NCBI GenBank assembly: GCA_003599365.1 | Contig: QZJR01000098.1 | Location: 1 to 44,137, forward strand | DNA length: 44,137 nt | Source: Deltaproteobacteria bacterium | GTDB lineage: Bacteria > Desulfobacterota > UBA8473 | Direction: 5' to 3' | Part shown: positions 25,726 to 33,541 of the stretch, in pieces | Numbering within the stretch: the first letter of the stretch is position 1 | Layout: every line of letters starts with the position of its first letter | Position numbers and translations under genes: made by a program | The notes under the pieces: model-generated | What the model saw: only the letters and a program-made list of their open reading frames with translations | Databases searched by the model: none | Told to the model about the DNA's origin: nothing

Positions 25726-26577
25726 ATGTTCGTCATTATAGGCATAGTTGTAGTTTTAGGTTCTATCATCGGTGGTTTCTTGATGGAGGGAGGCAACCTC
25801 CATGTACTTTTTCAGCCTGCTGAACTGGTTATTATATTTGGTGCATCTATCGGCGCTTTCTTCATAGCCTCTCCCTCGAGGGTTGTGAAGCTTGTTGTCA
25901 AACATATTACCTTGATAATAAGTTCTAAAGAGCAGAGCAAGGAAAAATACCTGGAAATTCTCTCTCTCCTGTATCAATTATTCTCAAAGATAAGAAAGGA
26001 GGGACTCATATCAATAGAATCCGACGTTGAGGCGCCTGATAAGAGTGCAATCTTCAACAAATACAAAAGTGTCATGACAAATCTCGATATCATTAACTTT
26101 CTATGCGATAATGTGAAGGTAATTATAACAACAAATGTCCCTCCACACGAGCTCGAAGACTTAATGGAACTCGAAATAGAAACCCATCACCACGAGGCTA
26201 TGGTTCCATCCCGCAGTCTTGCTAAGATAGCAGATGCTCTGCCTGGGCTTGGTATTGTTGCTGCGGTTTTGGGTGTTGTCCTCACTATGGGTAAAATTGA
26301 CCAGCCCCCTTCAGTGCTTGGGCATTGCGTAGGCGCTGCCCTGGTGGGAACATTTCTTGGGGTGTTAATGTGCTATGGCTTCGTCGGCCCAATGGCGACA
26401 AATCTTGAATATAAGGTAAAAGAAGACAGTGTATATTTTCAGATTATAAAAGTAGCGCTGGTAGCATTTGTTGGAGGTTCACCGCCACAGATGGCGGTAG
26501 AATTTGCCAGAAGGGCGATACCGGGCAAGGAGAGACCAACCTTTGATGAACTGGAAAAGGGGATACGGGATGGATAG
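25726..26577 (+). CDS. motA: flagellar stator protein MotA, set 2 (enterobacterial MotA-like)
   Basis: 283 aa. The N-terminus MFVIIGIVVVLGSIIGGFLMEGGNLHVLFQPAELVIIFGASIGAFF closely parallels E. coli MotA. Confidence 0.92.
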   Translation: MFVIIGIVVVLGSIIGGFLMEGGNLHVLFQPAELVIIFGASIGAFFIASPSRVVKLVVKHITLIISSKEQSKEKYLEILSLLYQLFSKIRKEGLISIESDVEAPDKSAIFNKYKSVMTNLDIINFLCDNVKVIITTNVPPHELEDLMELEIETHHHEAMVPSRSLAKIADALPGLGIVAAVLGVVLTMGKIDQPPSVLGHCVGAALVGTFLGVLMCYGFVGPMATNLEYKVKEDSVYFQIIKVALVAFVGGSPPQMAVEFARRAIPGKERPTFDELEKGIRDG

Positions 26578-26586
26578 ATAAAAAAA

Positions 26587-26666
26587 GGATTCAAGGGGTC
26601 AAGGGGTCAAGGATTCGAACGACACGATCCTGCTCTGCTTTGTGCCTTTGCCACTTTGTGCCTGAC
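26587..26666. repeat. type B-related repeat with tcaagggg octamer pair
   Basis: ggattcaaggggtcaaggggtcaaggattcg ... ctgctttgtgcctttgccactttgtgcct. Confidence 0.85.
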
Positions 26667-26684
26667 CGGAAGAGATCATTTCAA

Positions 26685-27482
26685 ATGAAGGATAAAAATA
26701 TAATTATCAAGAAGGTAAAGAAACAGGCGGAAGAAGGTGACCACGGTGGGGCATGGAAGGTTGCATACGCAGACTTTGTTACTGCCCTAATGGCATTCTT
26801 TCTGCTGATGTGGCTTTTAGCCATGATAGCCCCTGAAAAAAGGATGGGTCTTGCTTCATATTTTAAGGAATTCACGGTGTTCAATGAGAGCGGTCAATCC
26901 TTCATGGGAAAAGAGAGCGAGGTCTTTAATGAGGCTGGTAAAGCTCTCAGAAAGGTTCCACGTGAATTACAGGGGACATATAATATGAAACCCGAGGAAT
27001 TTAGGGAAGTAATAAAGAAAGCTATCGAAGAAAAACTCGGTGACATTAAAGACCAGATAATAGTAGATACATTTGAGGGTGGAGTTCGTGTTCAGTTAAT
27101 GGACAAAGAAGGGAGGCCAATGTTCGACCTCGGTTCAACAAAGCCTACGTCCCTTGCGGTAAGGATATTACGGGTAATCGGAGACAACATAAAATTACTG
27201 CCGAATTCTGTCGCTGTAGAGGGTCATACCGATTCATTGGTATATGGCTCTAAAGGTTACGGCAACTGGGATCTATCTACAGAACGTGCATTGGCGGCAA
27301 AAAAGGAACTGGAAAAAAATGGGCTTGAACCTAAGCGCCTTATCAGAGTCGCAGGCTATGCAGATACAGTGCCCCTTGTAAAAGAAAACCCGAAGGACCA
27401 GAGGAATAGAAGAATAAGCATAATGCTCATGTTCCCTGATAGATCAGAGAATCCAGAATCCAGGAGTCATAAGTCAGAATGA
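26685..27482 (+). CDS. motB: flagellar stator protein MotB, set 2 (OmpA-like C-terminus)
   Basis: The start is moved from 26640, which lies inside the repeat, to the ATG at 26685 (MKDKNIII...). AWKVAYADFVTALMAFFLLMWLL carries the channel Asp. GHTDS, NWDLSTERA, NRRISIM. Confidence 0.9.
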   Translation: MKDKNIIIKKVKKQAEEGDHGGAWKVAYADFVTALMAFFLLMWLLAMIAPEKRMGLASYFKEFTVFNESGQSFMGKESEVFNEAGKALRKVPRELQGTYNMKPEEFREVIKKAIEEKLGDIKDQIIVDTFEGGVRVQLMDKEGRPMFDLGSTKPTSLAVRILRVIGDNIKLLPNSVAVEGHTDSLVYGSKGYGNWDLSTERALAAKKELEKNGLEPKRLIRVAGYADTVPLVKENPKDQRNRRISIMLMFPDRSENPESRSHKSE

Positions 27483-29023
27483 AAAGATTATTGACATTAT
27501 CAGTAGTTCTTGCCTCACTCTTATTCTTGTCTGCACGATTGACTGCTGATGATGTTTCCCCTGACAAGCAGGAAGCTCAAAAAGTTCAGAGGACTTCGGA
27601 TAATAATTCGTCAGATCGTGAAGGGGCTGATATTATTATATTAATGGATAGTTCAGGAAGCATGAAAAAGACCGATCCCCAAGATTATAGACAGCCGGCG
27701 GCAAAGCTCTTTGTATCCCTCCTTGGGGAAAGTGATCGTATAGGAATTATAAGTTTTGGGGATTCAGCTAGGGTTTTGGCATCTCTTACAGAGGTCACCA
27801 AGAAAAATCGCGAGGTACTATTTAATACTATCAACAAAATATCTTCAAAGGAATCTTCTACAAATATCTATGATGCCGTAAAAAAAGGGTTTGATGAGCT
27901 TAAATCCTGTCAGAAGAAAAGCAGGATTATCATTCTGATGTCTGATGGCAAGCTTGCATTAGGTTCAAAGAAAAAAGACGATGCGGCCTTTACGGAACTA
28001 TCCGGAATTCTACCCGAGTTGACAAAGTCCAATATCAAGCTCTATACCGTAGCCTTTACAGAAATATCCGACGTGAAACTTCTCGAGGACATGGCAAAGG
28101 AAACAGGGGGATTTTTTAGATTTGCTAAAGATGATAAGGATATCCATCTAATATTTGCATCAATCTTTGAGAAGATTAAATCTCCGAATACCATTCCTTT
28201 AGAAGGTGAGACCTTCGAGACAGACAAGGATATAAAGGAGGCGATATTGCTCATTAGTAAGACACCCGGAACATCCACCGAACTCATAGATCCATCAAGA
28301 GTGAAACATACCTCCATGAAATATGGAAAGAACATAGAATGGTATAAGTCAAACATCTTTGATATGATTACCATTAAGGAACCTGCCGTGGGAAAATGGA
28401 AGGTGAAACTAAGCTCCAGAGAAGGGAATAAGATATATGTGATAACAAACCTTAATCTTAAAACTTCCTTTGACAAGAGCTTTGTTTATAAAGGAGATAA
28501 AATAAAGATTGACGTTTGGCTCGAAAGAGATGGCAAAATATTAACAGAAAAGGATGTTCTTAGACAGGTATCCTTCTCTTCTGAAATAGCTACTCCCGGT
28601 AGAGAAAGTGTGAAATTGGATCTCCTGGACAATGGAAAATATGGAGATGATAAGCCTGATGATGGGATATCCTCCCGTGAGTTTGTGGTTAACGAAGGAG
28701 GAGAATATGCCATTAAGGTAACCGCAAAAAGTATAACATTCAAGAGAGAAAAAGTTATTCAGTTTAAGGCTGTTTCAAAACCTGCACAGTTGGCAAAACA
28801 GATAACACTTTCTAAACCCCCATTGAAGAAAAAGACCCTGTCTGAGACAGATGTTTCATGGAAATCAGTTCTCGTTAAATTTGGCATGATAAACCTGTTA
28901 TTACTATTTATAGTTACAATTATATATCTATACAAGAAATACAAAAAGGATGGGTTTTTAAAAATAGGGTGGTTAAAAAAGTTATATACTTTATGGGATA
29001 CTGGCAATGATGATAAAGATTGA
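27479..29023 (+). CDS. exported von Willebrand factor A (vWA) domain protein with C-terminal membrane anchor
   Basis: 514 aa. Signal-like N-terminus (LLTLSVVLASLLFLSA), MIDAS DSSGS (27647-27661) plus downstream T and D positions (SSTNIYDAV, ILMSDG), a beta-rich middle region, and a C-terminal TM (MINLLLLFIVTIIYLY). The start overlaps the motB2 stop (ATGA). Confidence 0.85.
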   Translation: MKRLLTLSVVLASLLFLSARLTADDVSPDKQEAQKVQRTSDNNSSDREGADIIILMDSSGSMKKTDPQDYRQPAAKLFVSLLGESDRIGIISFGDSARVLASLTEVTKKNREVLFNTINKISSKESSTNIYDAVKKGFDELKSCQKKSRIIILMSDGKLALGSKKKDDAAFTELSGILPELTKSNIKLYTVAFTEISDVKLLEDMAKETGGFFRFAKDDKDIHLIFASIFEKIKSPNTIPLEGETFETDKDIKEAILLISKTPGTSTELIDPSRVKHTSMKYGKNIEWYKSNIFDMITIKEPAVGKWKVKLSSREGNKIYVITNLNLKTSFDKSFVYKGDKIKIDVWLERDGKILTEKDVLRQVSFSSEIATPGRESVKLDLLDNGKYGDDKPDDGISSREFVVNEGGEYAIKVTAKSITFKREKVIQFKAVSKPAQLAKQITLSKPPLKKKTLSETDVSWKSVLVKFGMINLLLLFIVTIIYLYKKYKKDGFLKIGWLKKLYTLWDTGNDDKD

Positions 29024-29483
29024 TGCCCTTTATTTTCTGCTGCTTATTCAGTTTTCAGTGATACTGCTGGTATCGGCAGTATACCTTTTTTTGAAGAATA
29101 GGATGTATAGAGCGCTAAATCTGAAAACGTTAAAAGAACTTGCAGAGGCAAAGAATACTATAAAGGAATCGGAAATGTTAAAAGCAGAGGAACATAAACA
29201 GAGACTGGAAGTAGAGGAAGTGCAGGAAGTAAAAGCCACTGAAGAGTTGCAGGTTCCTCAGGGGGGGGGTGAAGCTGTTGATGAAGACAGGTATATTGAA
29301 ATATTAAGGGATAGGGATGAATTAATAACAAAGGTGAAGGAATTTGAGGATAAATTACAGGAAAAAACCAAACTGTTGGATGAAATACAGAAAAAGTATG
29401 AGGGGAAAGAAGAGGAATATGCAAATCTGGAAAAAGAATATTTGATCTTGTACAGACGGCAGCAAGATCAAGGGCTGCCTTAA
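29007..29483 (+). CDS. membrane-anchored coiled-coil protein
   Basis: 158 aa. N-terminal TM (ALYFLLLIQFSVILLVSAVYLF) followed by E/K-rich heptad-like sequence. Overlaps the vWA gene by 17 nt. Contains a G9 tract. Confidence 0.6.
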   Translation: MMIKIDALYFLLLIQFSVILLVSAVYLFLKNRMYRALNLKTLKELAEAKNTIKESEMLKAEEHKQRLEVEEVQEVKATEELQVPQGGGEAVDEDRYIEILRDRDELITKVKEFEDKLQEKTKLLDEIQKKYEGKEEEYANLEKEYLILYRRQQDQGLP

Positions 29484-29485
29484 CC

Positions 29486-29558
29486 GGTAACCGTTCACTG
29501 TGAACGGTTACCTGCTTTGTGCCTATGTGCCTTTGCCACTTTGTGCCTAAGTAGTTAC
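29486..29558. repeat. 27-bp palindrome (29486-29512) plus type B repeat ending in CCTAAGTAGTTAC
   Basis: ggtaaccgttcac t gtgaacggttacc, followed by tgctttgtgcctatgtgcctttgccactttgtgcctaagtagttac. Lies between two convergent operon ends. Confidence 0.9.
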
Positions 29559-29569
29559 GTTTACTATAA

Positions 29570-30859
29570 TTATCTCTTCAGATTCACAAGTTCCTGCATC
29601 AGTTCATCAGTTGTAGTTATTACCCTCGAATTTGCCTGAAATCCCCTTTGTGCAGAAATCATCTTCACAAATTCTTCTGCGAGGTCAACATTGCTGAGCT
29701 CAAGGTTATTCGAAAGAATTCTGCCAAGACCTGATGTGCCTGCCTTACCAACAATTGGTATGCCTGAATCAAAGGACTCTGCATAAAGGTTTCTCCCGAG
29801 CTTTGTCAAGCTTGCCGGTGCAACAAATCTTGCCGGTGCAATCTGTCCTATTCCCCTTGTCTGGCCATTGGTGAAGGCCCCTGTTATTATCCCCTCCTCT
29901 GAAATAGCCATGTTCTTCAAAGACCCGGATGAATAACCATTCTGACTTATGTTCATAACGGTAAAATCCGATGCAAACTGCGTTGTGCCATCAAATCCAT
30001 CACCAACCGGAGTTTCACCCGTACCTGTTCCGTAGTTAAACTCTATAGTCTGCGGAGTGGTTACGGAAGCCCCAAAATTGAAATTTATTGCTGTTCCGCT
30101 GTTGTCGTTAATAAGCGCACCACCTGTATTGAATGTTAGGGATTGGGTGCCGGCATCAACAAGCAATGAAGAATCAGCAGGGTCCTGATGAACATAATGG
30201 ACATCCCATGCGTTATCGCCGGTCTTAATAAAATATAATGTTACCTGATGAGCTCCCCCCTGAGAGTCGTATACGGAAATAGTTGTAGAAGAATTATAAT
30301 TAGCAGGATCGTTATCGACGGTATCCCCATTTCCATCCAATGTAAAAGCAGCAGATGGAACAGCAGCAGATGCCTTTAAATTTACTGCGATGTCCGAACT
30401 GCTTGTTATATTGGCCGGGCTTTGCCTGCTTGTTATCTGCAAATTGCCTATGGTTCCGGTTATATTTCCAGATGCATCGGCGAGATACCCCTGAAGGGCC
30501 AAACCATCGGGATTTACAATATTTCCGTCTTTGTTAAGGGAAAACTGGCCGGCTCGAGTGTAATGTCTTGTACCGTCTTCGCTAACAATAAAGAACCCGT
30601 CTCCATCAATAGCAAGGTCAAGGGCACTTGCCGTAGTCTCAAATGATCCCTGTGTAAAGACAGGTGATGTCTCGCTTATAAACACTCCACGACCTACCTG
30701 TAATGAACCACCAACAATGCCGCTCAATACATCCCCAAAAGATATCCTGCTTCCCTTAAACCCTACGGTATTCATGTTCGCAATATTGTCTCCGATAACG
30801 GAAAGGGATGTACCATTTGCATTCATACCACTTATTGCCGCAAAAAGTGATGTTAACAT
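29570..30859 (-). CDS. flgE: flagellar hook protein FlgE
   Basis: 429 aa. N-terminus LFAAISGMNANGTSLSVIGDNIANMNTVGFK and C-terminus LELSNVDLAEEFVKMISAQRGFQANSRVITTTDELMQELVNL are typical of hook and rod family proteins. Confidence 0.93.
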   Translation of the reverse strand: MLTSLFAAISGMNANGTSLSVIGDNIANMNTVGFKGSRISFGDVLSGIVGGSLQVGRGVFISETSPVFTQGSFETTASALDLAIDGDGFFIVSEDGTRHYTRAGQFSLNKDGNIVNPDGLALQGYLADASGNITGTIGNLQITSRQSPANITSSSDIAVNLKASAAVPSAAFTLDGNGDTVDNDPANYNSSTTISVYDSQGGAHQVTLYFIKTGDNAWDVHYVHQDPADSSLLVDAGTQSLTFNTGGALINDNSGTAINFNFGASVTTPQTIEFNYGTGTGETPVGDGFDGTTQFASDFTVMNISQNGYSSGSLKNMAISEEGIITGAFTNGQTRGIGQIAPARFVAPASLTKLGRNLYAESFDSGIPIVGKAGTSGLGRILSNNLELSNVDLAEEFVKMISAQRGFQANSRVITTTDELMQELVNLKR

Positions 30860-30872
30860 CTACTGTCTCCTT

Positions 30873-31241
30873 TCAAATATTTCCGTATAGTTCTTTAATT
30901 TCCCCAAGGGGGAACTTCTTGCCATTGTCCAATACAAGATAGGTAATGCTATTTTCAAAATTAACCCCGGCAACCTTTCCTGTGCTGCCATCCTGTGTCG
31001 TAACGTTCCTTCCCATGAGATTTATGGCCATGCTGTTGTTAAGTGAGCTTTGATATGTAAGCAGCTCTTCAATCTTTTTATTCATGTTGAATAACTGCTC
31101 GAGAGAACTGAACTGTGCAAGTTGTGCTGTAAATTCCGCACCTTGCACAGGGTTAAGTGGATCCTGGTACCTTAGTTGAGAGGTAAAAAGCTTCAGAAAA
31201 TCATCCTTTCCTAATGTCTTTCCAACAGTTGAAATGTCCAT
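30873..31241 (-). CDS. flgD: flagellar hook assembly (cap) protein FlgD
   Basis: The start is moved to the ATG at 31241 (MDISTVGKTLGKDDFLKLFTSQLRYQDPLNP), preceded by GGAGG. The longer ORF-track start lies in a repeat. Confidence 0.88.
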   Translation of the reverse strand: MDISTVGKTLGKDDFLKLFTSQLRYQDPLNPVQGAEFTAQLAQFSSLEQLFNMNKKIEELLTYQSSLNNSMAINLMGRNVTTQDGSTGKVAGVNFENSITYLVLDNGKKFPLGEIKELYGNI

Positions 31242-31258
31242 ATCTTTCCTCCTTTTCC

Positions 31259-31370
31259 GACTTAGGTTCAAAGTTCCGGGGTTCACGGTTCAACGGTTTA
31301 AGATAATTATTAAGCATTTCACTCAAACCTCTGAACCCGTGAACCTTGAACCCTAAACCTGAATAGTTAC
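31259..31370. repeat. type A hairpin element (left end truncated), right end CCTGAATAGTTAC
   Basis: cttaggttcaaagttccggggttcacggttcaacgg ... cccgtgaaccttgaaccctaaacctgaatagttac. Confidence 0.88.
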
Positions 31371-31387
31371 GAATTTTCTCACGCGAT

Positions 31388-32722
31388 TTAGACAAAAATA
31401 CTTACTCCTTTCATATCCCAATAAGAAATCGGTAATTGTATTTCTTTCCTTGAGTGTGGTGCTTCTGAATCTTCTTCCCCGACATTATCCTCTGCTTCAT
31501 TTCTTTTATCTTTAAGGGACACTGAAAAACTTCCTACGTTGAGTCCTTCATTATTAAGTGTATTCAGGATATTATGGAGATTGTTGACAATCAATTCCTT
31601 CCCGATGGTATCTGATACATTTATATGTGCATTGATCATACCTTTGTCCAGGGTTAGCTCGATATGGAGCTTTCCCAGACTCTTGGTTCCGAGGAAAACA
31701 TCTATCGAGGCATCATCTTTTTTCGTTATAATGAACGCATTCCCAGGAATGTAGGTAGATTCCGGCGATTCTTTTATAGGTTGAGCAAATTTGACATTAT
31801 TCGAGTTAGCGGTGTTATCAAAATTTGGGAATATGTTCCCCGGTTTTATGTCGATCTCTGCTGTATGTGAACCGGCATCTTTCCCTTTGCCTGCTGCCGG
31901 CTGTTCAAGCGCTGTGAATTTGTCTAATTCAAATAAGACCTCGCTTACAGGTGATTTTAATGTCTGAAAATCTTTTATAATAGAAAAATTATTTGGAATA
32001 TCTATTTCACTGCCGAGTGTATACAGGGTGTTGTGGAGATTATTGACAATCGAATCTTTGCCCATGGCCTCCGGCGCTTTTATCTGTGCATTGATCATAC
32101 CTTTGTCCGGGGCTAGCTCGATATGGAGCTTTCCCAGACTCTTGGTTCCGAGGAAAACATCTATCGAGGCATTATCTTTTTTCGTTATAATGAACGCATT
32201 CTCAGGAATGTAGGTAGATTCCGGCGATTCTTTTATAGGTTGAACAAATTTGATAGACTCGTAAAAAGTCCAATCTCCCCTCCCCTTGTGGGAGGGGATG
32301 AAGGGGAGGGCACCCTCACCCCAACCCTCTCCCATCGAGGGAGAGGGATTTTTTCGACTTTTTACAACTTCATCAAATTTGACATCATTCGAATCAGCAG
32401 CGTTATCAAAATTTGGGAAAATGTTCCCCTGTTTTATGCCGATCTCTGCTGTACATGAACCGGCATCCTTCCCTTTGCCCGCTGTTGGCTGTCCTGCTGT
32501 TTCAGGCAGACTGCTGCCCTCCGCTGATATATCCTGATCTCCTGACTGGAACGTTGAAATGGATAAAATAGATGTATTGCCCTGTAATAAGTTTAATATG
32601 GCGGCCATCAGGCAATCAAAAGACTCGCTGTTGGATTGCGCCATATCCGGTTTGACACTTTGAACTGCCAATGACTTTATCCCACCGGTTATTTTAGACT
32701 CTATTGGCATTAAGATATCCAT
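31388..32722 (-). CDS. fliK: flagellar hook-length control protein FliK-like, with tandemly duplicated C-terminal domain
   Basis: 444 aa, in the fliK position (fliJ-ylxF-fliK-flgD-flgE). The C-terminal Flg_hook-like segment (LGKLHIELTLDKGMINAHINVSDTIGKELIVNNLHNILNTLNNEGLNVGSFSV) is present twice. Confidence 0.75.
   Translation of the reverse strand: MDILMPIESKITGGIKSLAVQSVKPDMAQSNSESFDCLMAAILNLLQGNTSILSISTFQSGDQDISAEGSSLPETAGQPTAGKGKDAGSCTAEIGIKQGNIFPNFDNAADSNDVKFDEVVKSRKNPSPSMGEGWGEGALPFIPSHKGRGDWTFYESIKFVQPIKESPESTYIPENAFIITKKDNASIDVFLGTKSLGKLHIELAPDKGMINAQIKAPEAMGKDSIVNNLHNTLYTLGSEIDIPNNFSIIKDFQTLKSPVSEVLFELDKFTALEQPAAGKGKDAGSHTAEIDIKPGNIFPNFDNTANSNNVKFAQPIKESPESTYIPGNAFIITKKDDASIDVFLGTKSLGKLHIELTLDKGMINAHINVSDTIGKELIVNNLHNILNTLNNEGLNVGSFSVSLKDKRNEAEDNVGEEDSEAPHSRKEIQLPISYWDMKGVSIFV
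32254..32374. repeat. type E MITE-like element inserted in frame in fliK
   Basis: Ends gatagactcgtaaaaagtcc and cgactttttacaacttcatc form an inverted repeat. The core is C-rich/G-rich hairpins. AAATTTGA flanks it on both sides (32246-32253 and 32375-32382). Confidence 0.88.
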
Positions 32723-32736
32723 ATTGTTAATTAACT

Positions 32737-32752
32737 ATCAATAAGTATGCCA
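32737..32752 (-). promoter_or_regulatory. candidate sigma-54 (-24/-12) promoter upstream of fliK
   Basis: The minus strand reads TGGCAT-ACTTA-TTGAT. The predicted start site lies only about 4 nt before the annotated ATG at 32722, which weakens either this call or the chosen start codon. Confidence 0.3.
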
Positions 32753-32806
32753 GGTAATCTACTAATAACCAAATTCCCAGCAACGATAATCAAGCAGTCT
32801 TCGTAT

Positions 32807-32937
32807 CCGTTCACAGTTCACGGTTTGCAGTTAACAGTTGGCAAAAATGCTTCAAGCTTATATAACAGCAAGCTTAAGCTTGCTGTTATAATGCCTGCTG
32901 TTGTAATTGCCGTAAACTGAGAACCGTTAACGGTTAC
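32807..32937. repeat. type C intergenic repeat, reverse orientation, with a perfect 24-bp palindrome (32864-32887)
   Basis: ccgttcacagttcacggtttgcagttaacagttggcaaaaatgcttcaagcttatatAACAGCAAGCTTAAGCTTGCTGTTata...gtaattgccgtaaactgagaaccgttaacggttac. Confidence 0.92.
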
Positions 32938-33037
32938 CGGTCTTCTTAATGAGCTATTATCGGGGGGACAAAGTTCCGAAAGGTTCTTGCATGTTTACAA
33001 GATGGGACGTTAAAAAGTATTTTGCAGTGAAAATATT

Positions 33038-33541
33038 TCATTTGGTAGGAAATTTTTTCTCAAAATTTATCATGCCCTCGGTTACAGATACGACCTTTTT
33101 TCTATCCATATATGCCATCACGGCGCCAACCTTTTTGGGCTTCATCTTGAGGATAATCTTTACTGCCGTAGGTTGATTAATAGCGGAGAGCGCTGCCGCC
33201 GCCTCTTCCGGCGGCATTGATTCATATGATTTAACCAAACGGTCAAGTTTTTCGTTACTAATTTGCTCTACCTTCCCGAGTACATCTTTGAACCGGTCTA
33301 AAAGCTTCGTATATTTCTGTATCCTCTCATCAACATCCTTTCTAATGGCATTAAGTCTTTCTTCCTCCTTTTTAAGGGTTGCCTCTTTCTCTTTAATCTC
33401 TTTGTGCCTCTTATTTATGAACTTTACCATGTCGTCCTGGGCATGAACAAAACCGGTGAAAAGTGAATAATGTACAGTGAGCAATAAAAAGACAATGAGA
33501 AACAAAAAAAATTTCTTATTAACCGTGAACCGTTTTTTCAT
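33038..33541 (-). CDS. MotE / YlxF-like flagellar protein (MgtE_N-like C-terminus)
   Basis: 167 aa. N-terminal TM or signal sequence, a coiled coil, then PPEEAAAALSAINQPTAVKIILKMKPKKVGAVMAYM. Occupies the ylxF position between fliJ and fliK, as in Bacillus-type fla operons. Confidence 0.65.
   Translation of the reverse strand: MKKRFTVNKKFFLFLIVFLLLTVHYSLFTGFVHAQDDMVKFINKRHKEIKEKEATLKKEEERLNAIRKDVDERIQKYTKLLDRFKDVLGKVEQISNEKLDRLVKSYESMPPEEAAAALSAINQPTAVKIILKMKPKKVGAVMAYMDRKKVVSVTEGMINFEKKFPTK

Noticed and set aside
31242-31286. Longer FlgD start at 31286, and similarly the longer starts for fliQ (16464), fliA (10095), motB2 (26640) and flgB (39505).
   Set aside because: The extensions run into repeat elements or into the upstream gene. 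In each case an internal ATG has a good Shine-Dalgarno sequence or stop/start coupling and gives the family-typical N-terminus.
32949-33176. 75-aa plus-strand ORF between fliK and the motE-like gene, and a CCCGATAA-like sequence on the minus strand at 32958-32965.
   Set aside because: Most of the ORF overlaps the motE/ylxF-like gene in antisense and has no recognisable features. The -10-like sequence lacks a correctly spaced -35 element.
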